DNA from: Microcoleus sp.
GTDB lineage: Bacteria; Cyanobacteriota; Cyanobacteriia; Cyanobacteriales; Microcoleaceae
Assembly (NCBI GenBank): GCA_042408215.1
Contig: JAYFMW010000022.1
Coordinates: forward strand, 35,974-99,973
Reading direction: 5' to 3'
DNA length: 64,000 nucleotides
The notes under the pieces are model-generated. The model made no database searches, had not been told where the DNA came from, and saw only the letters and a program-made list of their open reading frames with translations. How positions within the stretch are numbered: the stretch's first letter is position 1; every line of letters begins with the position of its first letter. Made by a program: the position numbers and the translations under genes. This document shows positions 1-8,243 of the stretch, piece after piece.

Positions 1-1
1 G

Positions 2-127
2 TTTCTCCCTGCTGAATTAACCCCTGAACGGTATGAAGAAATCTTGCGAAATATGTTTAACGAATGGTTGTCTAATGAGGTAAACTATTTGTTATACAAT
101 CAATCCGAGACTGCGATCGCTCGGTAA
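2..127 (+). CDS. 3' end of a CDS entering the window, probably a PpiC-type peptidyl-prolyl isomerase of cyanobacterial type I secretion loci
   Basis: Frame 2 reads FLPAELTPERYEEILRNMFNEWLSNEVNYLLYNQSETAIAR* (TAA 125-127); this resembles the 'FLPAEL...I...F.EWL' C-terminus of that family as I recall it. Confidence 0.45.
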   Translation, partial: FLPAELTPERYEEILRNMFNEWLSNEVNYLLYNQSETAIAR

Positions 128-134
128 TAAAACC

Positions 135-332
135 ATGAAAAAATATAAAACTATAATCAAACGGATGATCTCAGCGGATGGTTGTGCAAAAGCTGAAGCA
201 ACAAGCACAACTGTAGAGGATGGTGAAACTCAAGTCAGTCAATTTGGATCGGCAAAAGTCAGTCATGGGCACAGCAGCAGCAGTTCCAGCTCTAGCTCTG
301 CTAGCTGTAGCAGTTCTACCAATTTAAGGTGA
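135..332 (+). CDS. Small Ser-rich hypothetical protein (65 aa)
   Basis: ATG 7 nt after the upstream stop; poly-Ser/Cys tail encoded by mixed Ser codons rather than a simple repeat. Confidence 0.6.
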   Translation: MKKYKTIIKRMISADGCAKAEATSTTVEDGETQVSQFGSAKVSHGHSSSSSSSSSASCSSSTNLR

Positions 333-347
333 AGTTGCATAGAATCT

Positions 348-450
348 GATCCCCCCTAACCCCCCTTAATAAGGGGGGAACAAGATTCTGCTCTTTCGTC
401 ACCCCCTACTCACACCCTACTCCCTTATTAAGGGGGATGCGAGGGGGATC
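348..450. repeat. GATCCCCC...GGGGGATC double-hairpin dispersed repeat (family D)
   Basis: Related copies near 6375-6475, 10656-10890, 19702-19806, 36490-36570, 50413-50528, 50701-50781 and 50954-51034. Confidence 0.85.
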
Positions 451-525
451 GAGATATATGCAACGACCCATTAAATTGGTATTAGTGGGATAATGGCAAT
501 AAAGCCCTAGTGTCACACTTCAATT

Positions 526-558
526 AGAACCCCGACTTCTTAAAGAAGTAGGGGTTCT
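526..558. repeat. CCCGACTTCT-AGAAGTCGGG palindromic REP-like repeat
   Basis: Inverted repeat; relatives at 2405-2445, about 12781-12812 and about 31427-31460. Confidence 0.7.
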
Positions 559-619
559 GGGTATTTTGTTTTTTTAGGTGCTAAACTTAAATAACTACAA
601 TCCTCAAACACAGTAACCG

Positions 620-904
620 ATGCCGAAAGCAATTTGGAATGGTGCCGTTCTGGCCGAAAGCGACAAGTGTGAAGTCGTAGATAACAACTATTACTTCCCC
701 CCAGATGCCATCAAACGCGAGTATTTTAAGGACAGCAGCACCCACACTACTTGCGGTTGGAAAGGTGTCGCTAGTTACTACAGCGTCGAAGTCGGTGGAC
801 AAGTCAATAAAGATGCCGCTTGGTATTATCCTACTCCGAAAGATGCGGCCAAAAATATTGGAGGCTACATTGCTTTTTGGAAAGGAGTTAAAGTGGAAGT
901 TTGA
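620..904 (+). CDS. DUF427 domain protein
   Basis: MPKAIWNGAVLAESD...NYYFPP...C-WKGVASYY...AAWYYP-PK...AFW, the typical DUF427 pattern. Confidence 0.9.
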   Translation: MPKAIWNGAVLAESDKCEVVDNNYYFPPDAIKREYFKDSSTHTTCGWKGVASYYSVEVGGQVNKDAAWYYPTPKDAAKNIGGYIAFWKGVKVEV

Positions 905-1070
905 CATCCACCCCGCCGTGAACGGACGGGGATTCCATCTATTTAAGCAGATCAAAAATTGACAACTGCTTAAATTCTGGTTGGGTTGACGCTTCAATGG
1001 CTACTGCTACCTTGGCGGTAGTCTTACGTCTACCTCCACGTCCGTTTAGAGTCTCCGAAAGCCCTCCGGC
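885..1070 (-). ncRNA. Predicted TnpB omegaRNA (reRNA): scaffold over the tnpB 3' end and right end, guide from the flank (antisense to the DUF427 3' end); 5' boundary approximate
   Basis: Established TnpB biology plus the position of the TCAA right end; the RNA is not directly visible. Confidence 0.55.
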
Positions 1071-2165
1071 GACCTTAATATTAATTGCAGCGTTAACATC
1101 TCTATCGTGATAACTGCCACAATTAAGACAAATCCACTCTCTAACATTTAACTCTTTTTTGCCACCGCGAAAACCACAGCAAGAGCAAGTCCCAGAAGTG
1201 GGAGTCCATCTATCAATCACTCGAAAATCACGACCGTACATTACCGACTTAGCCTCTAACATAGTTCTAAAACTACGCCAGCCTAAGTCGCTAATAGCAC
1301 GGGACAACCTGCGATTTTTCATCATACCTGAAACATTCAAATCTTCCAAGACTATTGTTTGGTTTTCACGAATAATCTTAGTTGACAGTTTGTGAATAAA
1401 ATCATTTCGAGTATCAGAAATTTTAGCGTGAAGTTTAGCTAATTTTTTTCTAGCCACTTCCCTTCTTTTACTCCCTTTTTGTTTTCTTGACAAATTGCGC
1501 TGTAATTTTCTTAAACGCTTTAACTGTTTCTTTAAAGGTTTAGGTGATTTAACTTTTTCACCGTTACTTAAAGTAGCAAAATCAGTTATTCCTAAATCAA
1601 TTCCTACACTTGAACCGTTCTTAGGTAATTGTTGAGGATTAAACTCAACGACAAAGCTAACAAAGTATCTATCAGCACTATCTTTGATGAGGGTAACACT
1701 GGAAGGAATAGCTGGTAATTGTCTACTCCAGATTACTTGGATATCACCTATTTTAGCCAGGTAAATATAATCAGAATCAGGAGCGAGTTTAAAACCATTA
1801 CCAGTGAACTTAGCAGACTGTTTAGACTTACGTTTTTTAAATCTAGGCGGTTTAACTTTCTTGCCTTTTCTTTGTCCTTTACAAGATTTGAAAAAGTTTG
1901 AATAAGCCTGCTCTAAATCTCTCAAAGACTGTTGCAATGGAATAGAGGAAACTTCTGTTAACCATTGTTTTCCCTCCGTTTTTTTGATTTCTGTAAGTCT
2001 TTTAGAAAGTTCAATGCTAGAAGGTTTTTTATTCCCGTTTTGCTCCTCCTGTTTGCAATATGCTAAGGCATCGTTAAAGACTACCCGACAACAACCAAAC
2101 AATTGAGACAAAAGCCTCTTTTGTTGGGTTGTTGGGTAGATTCGATAGCGATACCTTAATTTCAT
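939..2165 (-). CDS. tnpB: RNA-guided endonuclease TnpB (IS605 OrfB)
   Basis: N-terminal RYRIYPT...LFGCCRVVFN HTH; RuvC motifs GIDLG, VLEDL and DRDVNAA; CxxC...CxxC zinc ribbon; catalytic D/E/D all present. Confidence 0.95.
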   Translation of the reverse strand: MKLRYRYRIYPTTQQKRLLSQLFGCCRVVFNDALAYCKQEEQNGNKKPSSIELSKRLTEIKKTEGKQWLTEVSSIPLQQSLRDLEQAYSNFFKSCKGQRKGKKVKPPRFKKRKSKQSAKFTGNGFKLAPDSDYIYLAKIGDIQVIWSRQLPAIPSSVTLIKDSADRYFVSFVVEFNPQQLPKNGSSVGIDLGITDFATLSNGEKVKSPKPLKKQLKRLRKLQRNLSRKQKGSKRREVARKKLAKLHAKISDTRNDFIHKLSTKIIRENQTIVLEDLNVSGMMKNRRLSRAISDLGWRSFRTMLEAKSVMYGRDFRVIDRWTPTSGTCSCCGFRGGKKELNVREWICLNCGSYHDRDVNAAINIKVAGGLSETLNGRGGRRKTTAKVAVAIEASTQPEFKQLSIFDLLK

Positions 2166-2189
2166 TGACTTATTTTGCCCTGGGAATAC

Positions 2190-2217
2190 ACTCTAATTAT
2201 AGAGTTGCTTTTAGAGT
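2190..2217. promoter_or_regulatory. Candidate operator between tnpB and the RHH gene
   Basis: ACTCTA-ATTA-TAGAGT palindrome (2190-2205) plus a second TAGAGT half-site (2212-2217). Confidence 0.4.
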
Positions 2218-2370
2218 ATGTCAAGAGCTAAAAAAATTCAATTCAATGTCAATGAAAGCGAATACCAACAACTTAAAGAATATGCAGAATTTCTTAATAT
2301 TTCAATGGCTGAAGTCTTGAGGGATTATATTAAGTCTTTGGAAATCCGTCCTAGAAGGACGGGGTTTTAA
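2218..2370 (+). CDS. CopG-like ribbon-helix-helix protein (50 aa), below the ORF-track cutoff
   Basis: MSRAKKIQFNVNESEYQQLKEYAEFLNISMAEVLRDYIKSLEIRPRRTGF*: alternating beta-strand, helix, then the 'S-AE-LR-YI' second helix; the stop lies within the IS left end. Confidence 0.75.
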   Translation: MSRAKKIQFNVNESEYQQLKEYAEFLNISMAEVLRDYIKSLEIRPRRTGF

Positions 2371-2463
2371 ACCCAAATCTCTGATCGGGGAGTTTTGAGT
2401 TAATTTCCAGATTCCCGACTTCTTGAAGAAGTCGGGAATCTGGAAGTTGAATCCTTCTCAAAA

Positions 2464-2901
2464 ACAGGCAAGATGCCTGTTCCACAAAGAGTGAGTTTTC
2501 TGGTATTGCTAATACTATAACAGGCAAGATGCCTGTTCCACAAAGAGTGAGTTTTCTGGTATTGCTAATACCATAACAGGCAAGATGCCTGTTCCACAAA
2601 GAGTGATTTTTCTGGTATTGCTAATACTATAACAGGCAAGATGCCTGTTCCACAAAGAGTGATTTTTCTGGTATTGCTAATACTATAACAGGCAAGATGC
2701 CTGTTCCACAAAGAGTGATTTTTCTGGTATTGCTAATACTATAACAGGCAAGATGCCTGTTCCACAAAGAGTGATTTTTCTGGTATTGCTAATACTATAA
2801 CAGGCAAGATGCCTGTTCCACAAAGAGTGAGTTTTCTGGTATTGCTAATACTATAACAGGCAAGATGCCTGTTCCACAAAGAGTGATTTTTCTGGTATTG
2901 C
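2464..2901. repeat. Tandem array of 8 x 56-bp units containing the REP-like palindrome ACAGGCAAGATGCCTGTTCCAC
   Basis: Units start at 2464, 2520, 2576, 2632, 2688, 2744, 2800 and 2856 and are near-identical; dispersed copies at about 13489, 13553, 46224 and 48627. Confidence 0.95.
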
Positions 2902-2906
2902 CAAAA

Positions 2907-3575
2907 CTATTCCTGTTCCCAAGCGGCCACAGCTTCCCATCCCAAACCGCGGCGAACAATAGTCGGTTCGCTGTCCGTTAAATCGAGAATGGTAGACACT
3001 TGATATCTCGGATCGGAACCGTCATCGACAATGACATCTACCAACTTGTCAAAACTGTCAAACAGTTCAGCTTTACCAAAATTTTCTGTTTGAGCGGCCA
3101 CAGCTACAGGTGCTTCACCTTCATCATCTGCACTAATGTGAGCGGAAGTTGAAATAATCGGATTTCCCAAGGCTTCCAATAGTGTAAAACAAATTGGGCG
3201 ATCGGGAACGCGAATTCCCGTGGTTTTGCGTTTCGGGTTCATCACCAGCCGCGGTACTAACTTGGTAGCTGGTAGCAGAAACGTGTAAGGTCCGGGAATC
3301 AACCGTTTGATAATTCGGTAAGCCTCATCGCTGACAACGGCGTACTCCGCAATATTTGACAGAGAAGAACAGAGGAACGTTAAGGGCTTATCATTGGATA
3401 GTTGCTTGATCTGCCTGACTCGTTCGATCGCAGATTTGGCATTGAGGTCGCAGCCGATCGCATAAACCGTATCTGTCGGGTAAAGCATCAAGGCACCACC
3501 TTTAAGGGCATCTTTAATCTTCTCTATCCGCTCTTTTTGGGGTGTAACTGGATGCAGTTCGTAAATAGTTGCCAT
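2907..3575 (-). CDS. L-threonylcarbamoyladenylate synthase family protein (Sua5/YciO/YrdC)
   Basis: YPTDTVY, PGPYTF, GIRVPD and STSA motifs; likely start MATIYELHP. Confidence 0.9.
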   Translation of the reverse strand: MATIYELHPVTPQKERIEKIKDALKGGALMLYPTDTVYAIGCDLNAKSAIERVRQIKQLSNDKPLTFLCSSLSNIAEYAVVSDEAYRIIKRLIPGPYTFLLPATKLVPRLVMNPKRKTTGIRVPDRPICFTLLEALGNPIISTSAHISADDEGEAPVAVAAQTENFGKAELFDSFDKLVDVIVDDGSDPRYQVSTILDLTDSEPTIVRRGLGWEAVAAWEQE

Positions 3576-3650
3576 GTTAAGATATTGCAGGCTAAGTGGG
3601 CGATCGAAATATCCGGTCAAACAATCAATGATGAAAATTAATTGTCAATA

Positions 3651-5060
3651 ATGAATAAAATAGCTTATTTTGAATGCCCAACCGGCATTGCTGGCGATAT
3701 GTGTCTCGGTGCCCTCGTCCACGCCGGCGTACCTTTGGAGTACCTGATCGAAAAACTCAATTTGCTCGGCATTTCGACAGAGTACCAATTGCGCGCCGAA
3801 TTAGTCCACCGCAATACTCAGCAAGCAACTAAAGTTTATGTCGATTTAACTTCGGATTTGCGGGAAAAAGCCCAAAATCCCACTGCTGACTCCACCTTCG
3901 AGCCCTCAGAAACAGAATCCCCAACTTTCGATCGCAGCCACCACCATCATCACGGTGACGAACATTCTCACAGTCACGACGAGGGCGATGCCGAAATTAG
4001 CCACAATCCTCATCGCCACTTGCCGCAAATTGAGCAAATCATCCTCTCTGCAAAGTTGCCAAAGCGTGTAGAAGCCTGGAGTTTGGCCATATTTCGGAAA
4101 TTGGCAGAAGCAGAAGGTGCCGTACATGGCATCCCCCCAAAGGAGGTTCACTTTCACGAGGTGGGGGCTACGGATGCACTTGTGGATATTATCGGTACTT
4201 GTTTGGGTTTGGATTGGTTCGATATTGACGAATTTTACTTTTCGGCGATGCCGACTGGTGGCGGTACGGTGAAAGCGGCCCACGGCAGATTGGTGGTGCC
4301 GACGCCGGCGGTGATGCGGTTGTGGGAAATGCACTCGGTGCCGGTTTACAGCAATGGGATCGATCGCGAATTGTGCACGCCTACGGGAACTGCGATCGCC
4401 TGTACTCTGGCTGAGGGGTTTGGCCCGCCACCAGAAATGCAAATTCGGGCGATCGGATTGGGTGCCGGTTCTCGAATGCTGGCAATTCCTAATATTTTGC
4501 GCCTCTGGATTGGGGAGAAGGCAGAAGGCAGTTCGGCAACGGATTCTGTAACGGATTTAACGGATTTAACGCCGGGAAGAAAGAGGGAAGTATTTAAACA
4601 ATGCCCAATTCCTGATTCCCTAGAAACTATTGCGGTGTTGGAAACACAAATTGACGATTTGAGTCCCCAGGCGATCGGCTATGTTTTTGATGCTTTGTTT
4701 GTCGCCGGATCCCTGGATGTTTTTACTCAACCAATTGTGATGAAAAAGTCGCGGTTGGGGGTTTTGTTAACTGTGATTTGTCATCCCGAAACTCAAGCAG
4801 CTTGCGAAACAGTGATCTTTCGCGAAACTACTACTTTGGGAATTAGGCGATCGACTCAACAAAGAACGATTTTGCACCGAGAAATCCAGACTGTTCAAAC
4901 AGAATACGGTGAAGTGCAAATAAAAGTTGCGAAGACTGGACAAACAATTACTAATGTGCAGCCAGAATACGAAGATTGCGCGGAAATTGCCAGACTTAAA
5001 AATATTAGCTGGCGGGAAGTTCATCGCTTGGCGCTGCAAAGTTGGTACGATCGAACTTAG
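3651..5060 (+). CDS. larC: Nickel pincer cofactor biosynthesis protein LarC
   Basis: GIAGDM, His-rich segment, VHFHEVGA-D, TPTG, ETQIDD, MKKSR-G, ETTTLGIR, PEYED. Confidence 0.92.
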   Translation: MNKIAYFECPTGIAGDMCLGALVHAGVPLEYLIEKLNLLGISTEYQLRAELVHRNTQQATKVYVDLTSDLREKAQNPTADSTFEPSETESPTFDRSHHHHHGDEHSHSHDEGDAEISHNPHRHLPQIEQIILSAKLPKRVEAWSLAIFRKLAEAEGAVHGIPPKEVHFHEVGATDALVDIIGTCLGLDWFDIDEFYFSAMPTGGGTVKAAHGRLVVPTPAVMRLWEMHSVPVYSNGIDRELCTPTGTAIACTLAEGFGPPPEMQIRAIGLGAGSRMLAIPNILRLWIGEKAEGSSATDSVTDLTDLTPGRKREVFKQCPIPDSLETIAVLETQIDDLSPQAIGYVFDALFVAGSLDVFTQPIVMKKSRLGVLLTVICHPETQAACETVIFRETTTLGIRRSTQQRTILHREIQTVQTEYGEVQIKVAKTGQTITNVQPEYEDCAEIARLKNISWREVHRLALQSWYDRT

Positions 5061-5198
5061 TTAAAACTTACGCAGGGACTGGTTGAAACCGCTCCTTGTC
5101 AAACGAAGTCTGCCGGAGCAGACTAAGAGCTCAAGGGGGTATTTAACCAAGATTAGGTCTAATAATTACTAACAGTCTTGGACGCATTTCAACCTAAT

Positions 5199-5306
5199 TA
5201 CAGCAGTTCCCGCTGTTATGAAACACGGTAGGGACACGGCTCTTGGAGTGTCCCTAGGAGGATTGAACGATAAGTGGGTGTACCTCATAACAGCGGTTTC
5301 CGCTGT
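5199..5306. repeat. About 107-bp MITE-like element (family B) with an internal TAGGGACAC/GTGTCCCTA hairpin, empty form
   Basis: Terminal inverted repeats ACAGCAGTTCCCGCTGTTATGA/TCATAACAGCGGTTTCCGCTGT; reverse-oriented, filled copy at 19575-19913. Confidence 0.85.
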
Positions 5307-5365
5307 CTGTCATTCGCAACGCTCAGAATGACAGACAATAGCTGGGTAAATCCTGACTAAAATGC

Positions 5366-6223
5366 TTATAGCAGTCGGCGGCTTTGTAAAATTTGTTGTT
5401 GCCATTGTTCAAAAGTGTGCATTTTTGAGCGATCATCTCGATCGACGATCGCCCTCATTTGCTCCATCAGCTCGATCGCCAGCGGTACGCCAAGCTGCAA
5501 TTGCTCCAAAACCTCCCGCTGAGCAAAAACTGTTTCCGGTGTTCCTTCTAAAATCAGTTGTCCTCGATCCATTACAAACACCCAATCTGCCCAGCGATAG
5601 ATGAAATCTAGATCGTGACTTGCTAAGAGAATTGTAGTACCACTGGAGTGAATTTGTTGGAGTAAACCGATCAGTTGTCGGGTGTGGCGCGGATCGAGAT
5701 AGGCGGTAGGTTCATCTAACAGCAGCAGTTTGGGTTTGAGCACCATGATATCGGCGATCGAAACGCGCTTTTTCTGTCCTAAACTGAGATTGTGAATCGG
5801 TTGACTAGCCAATTCAGTTAAATTGAATTGCTCGATCGCCTCCTGCACCATTCTAGCAATATCCGGTTCTGCTAAACCCAAATTGTACAACCCGTAGGAG
5901 ATATCTTCTTCTACCGTCGAAGCAACTAATTGATGTTCGGGATTTTGAAATACCAGCCCGATTTGTTGGCGCAATTGCATCAAGGATTTGCGATCGTAGC
6001 GTAAGGGTTCACCTTCCCAGCGAATGATTCCCTGTTGCGGTTGATACAAGCCATTTGCTAACAGAAAAAAGGTGGTTTTGCCACAACCATTTTGACCGAT
6101 TAGCCCGCAGCGTTTGCCGGCGGGGACTTTGAGGTTTAAACCGTGAATTGCCGATCGCGCACTACAGGGATAGGAGTAGAAAGTGCGATCGAATTCGAGA
6201 ATTGGGCCTGGGGAATTGGGCAT
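5366..6223 (-). CDS. cbiO: ECF cobalt transporter ATPase CbiO (start uncertain, lies within an STRR tract)
   Basis: GQNGCGKTT, VFQNPEHQL, LSLGQKKR, LLLDEP; upstream MPHALCP repeats derive from the STRR. Confidence 0.85.
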   Translation of the reverse strand: MPNSPGPILEFDRTFYSYPCSARSAIHGLNLKVPAGKRCGLIGQNGCGKTTFFLLANGLYQPQQGIIRWEGEPLRYDRKSLMQLRQQIGLVFQNPEHQLVASTVEEDISYGLYNLGLAEPDIARMVQEAIEQFNLTELASQPIHNLSLGQKKRVSIADIMVLKPKLLLLDEPTAYLDPRHTRQLIGLLQQIHSSGTTILLASHDLDFIYRWADWVFVMDRGQLILEGTPETVFAQREVLEQLQLGVPLAIELMEQMRAIVDRDDRSKMHTFEQWQQQILQSRRLL

Positions 6224-6290
6224 AGGGCATAGGGCATGGGGCATAGGGCATAGGGCATGGGGCATGGGGCATAGGACATGGGGCATTGAG
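6210..6290. repeat. Heptamer STRR tract (GGGCATA/GGGCATG)
   Basis: Tandem 7-mers. Confidence 0.9.
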
Positions 6291-6573
6291 CATTAGCTTT
6301 GTTCCCAGGCTCTGCTCATGGGTGATAACTTAAGACTAAAACCCATAATAAAATTCCCTTGTAGTCGAGTCTAGATCCCCCTAAATCCCCCTGAAGAAGG
6401 GAGTAGGGTGTGAGTAGGGGTTGACTTTGAGACTGCTCTTGTCCCCCCCTTAAGAAGGGGGGTTAGGGGGGATCTAGACTTCGATATAAACAAGAGAGAC
6501 TGAATGTTTAAGATTAAGTTGTCACCAATTTCCAATGGGCCATTCCCAAGACCCGATTCCCATTATATTTGTG

Positions 6574-7440
6574 TCAGCCTTCATCTGGTTTTGACAACTG
6601 CCAAAGTTGAATTTCATAACACAAATGCTGCTCAAAAAGTTGGCTTGCTTCCAATCCTTCAACAACCAACTTTTTGAACCAGCGACGAAATATCCAGCGC
6701 AGGAGTTTGTGTATAGGCGGAACTGCGATCGCAATCAAATCTGCAACATAGATCATTGTATTCAGTCCATATCTGCGGAAAGTATCGACATAAAGGTCGA
6801 TCGTTGGCAAAATATGGGCGGAAATATCCTCACTTTTTACTAAAGTGAATCCAGCCTGTTTTAAGGCTGCATGAAGTTCAGTCACAACATGACAATTAGA
6901 GAACATTCCTTCTTTATAATTAGCATCAGATCGCATCATGTCGGCCAGCAGCACATAGCCTCCGGGATTGAGGATTTTGGCTGCACCGTTAGCAATATCA
7001 ACAGCCGACATATATTGGCTACTTTCGCTAAAGAGAATCAGATCGTAAAATTTGATTGCTCGGAAAGTTTCAAAGGTTGTGAGGTGGAAGATGGCGCGAT
7101 CGCCCGTACACTTGAGAAAGCGCTGTTGTTGAAACGGATCTGGTGCGAGTCCTTCCACTGCAAAACCGCGATCGAGCAAATAAGCCGCATTACCGCCAAT
7201 CCCACAGCCCACATCCAGGATGCTATGAGTGCCCTTGGGGATCGCATCCAAGAGTTTGACTGTATAAGCTTGCTGAGCGCTGCGTAATCGCGCGAGTGTT
7301 AGTTCATCCGCCGGCACAGGTAGGGTTTCCCAATAGCCATAGTGAAGATAGGGGGATTCTGTCAGGCCCAAATAGTAATTAAGCGCTGCATTTTGGTAGC
7401 GAGTTACTTTGGAAATTTCGATTGATTTTGGCTGCGACAT
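6574..7440 (-). CDS. Class I SAM-dependent methyltransferase (sterol/tocopherol-methyltransferase-like)
   Basis: LHYGYW, ILDVGCGIGG, FSES, LNPGG motifs. Confidence 0.85.
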   Translation of the reverse strand: MSQPKSIEISKVTRYQNAALNYYLGLTESPYLHYGYWETLPVPADELTLARLRSAQQAYTVKLLDAIPKGTHSILDVGCGIGGNAAYLLDRGFAVEGLAPDPFQQQRFLKCTGDRAIFHLTTFETFRAIKFYDLILFSESSQYMSAVDIANGAAKILNPGGYVLLADMMRSDANYKEGMFSNCHVVTELHAALKQAGFTLVKSEDISAHILPTIDLYVDTFRRYGLNTMIYVADLIAIAVPPIHKLLRWIFRRWFKKLVVEGLEASQLFEQHLCYEIQLWQLSKPDEG

Positions 7441-7459
7441 TAGGAAAATTTAGTAACTT

Positions 7460-7900
7460 TTAGGATTTCGGGCAGGGTTGAAATTCTTCCCAGCGCTTGC
7501 ATACCTGTTCATAGCACTCAACAGGCGAAATTGCCAAGTTTTGTAATAAATTGATATCAATGTGATTATTGGCGAGCAGTAGAAAAATAATTGCTTTTTC
7601 TGGTTCGTAGCTAGCAATGATTTGGAGCAGATTTGAAACAGTATTTTCCTCTAGTTCTAGTTGTTGCAAATAAGCAGTTGCGTGCAATTGGGAAATAAAT
7701 TGCAGATCGTACTTTACAGTATCTACGCTCCAATTGATAGAACCGTTAATGGGAGTATTGATTTGGCAAACAACAATACCTCGTCCTAGATGCCAAAAGC
7801 CATTCCAAGCAGTATATCCGATCGACAAAATATTCTGGTGAATAAACAAGTTTTGCCAGTAGCTAAAACTACCCTGCCAAACACTATCTTTGATTCGCAT
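7460..7900 (-). CDS. Hypothetical protein (146 aa), first gene downstream of a cobalamin riboswitch
   Basis: ATG-initiated ORF 19 bp upstream of the methyltransferase on the same strand. Confidence 0.7.
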   Translation of the reverse strand: MRIKDSVWQGSFSYWQNLFIHQNILSIGYTAWNGFWHLGRGIVVCQINTPINGSINWSVDTVKYDLQFISQLHATAYLQQLELEENTVSNLLQIIASYEPEKAIIFLLLANNHIDINLLQNLAISPVECYEQVCKRWEEFQPCPKS

Positions 7901-8055
7901 TTCTTTTAGTTTCCCGTTGCGCCGACGAAAAGCAGTTTTAACTCAAAATTGCGTTTTTGTCGATCGTCCAAGGGAACACAACAGCCGATTAATTTTAAAA
8001 ATACTGAACTAACCATCATCCATACCTCGCAGATGAAAAACATGATTGTCAACAA

Positions 8056-8175
8056 ATCGGCGGGCATTCTGACTCAGAGATGCAATAATCTCATTACAGT
8101 TGCGGGACAGCGCCGGATTCGCACCGAACTTTCCCCCTTGCGTCTGATGTGTGTTTGTCATCAGAGCCGATCGAT
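8056..8175 (-). promoter_or_regulatory. Cobalamin riboswitch
   Basis: Minus strand: GGGGAAAGTTCGGTGCGAATCCGGCGCTGTCCCGCAACTGTAA...GAGTCAGAATGCCCGCC (B12 box). Confidence 0.92.
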
Positions 8176-8243
8176 ATAGGGGGATAGTAGCACTATTTGG
8201 GATATTTGACAAAAATAGCTCTTAAAAATTCAGCAGGCGGGCT

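Larger units (their letters stand above)
901..2383 (-). mobile_element. IS200/IS605-family element (tnpB-only, IS1341-like), with an RHH gene instead of tnpA
   Basis: Right end on the minus strand is GAAT-hairpin-TCAA (TTGA at 901-904); left end on the minus strand is CAGAGATTTGGGTTTAAAA-CCCCGTCCTTCTAGGACGG (2345-2383); encloses tnpB. Confidence 0.9.

Noticed and set aside
2129..2320. 63-aa ORF in the track
   Set aside because: Wrong frame; the RHH ORF 2218-2370 explains the region better
2464..2901. CRISPR array associated with TnpB (Cas12-like system)
   Set aside because: The sequences between palindromes are near-identical rather than unique spacers, the palindrome is a dispersed REP, and the array lies outside the IS left end
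6224..6286. MPHALCP-repeat N-terminus of CbiO
   Set aside because: STRR-derived; unlikely to be real coding sequence
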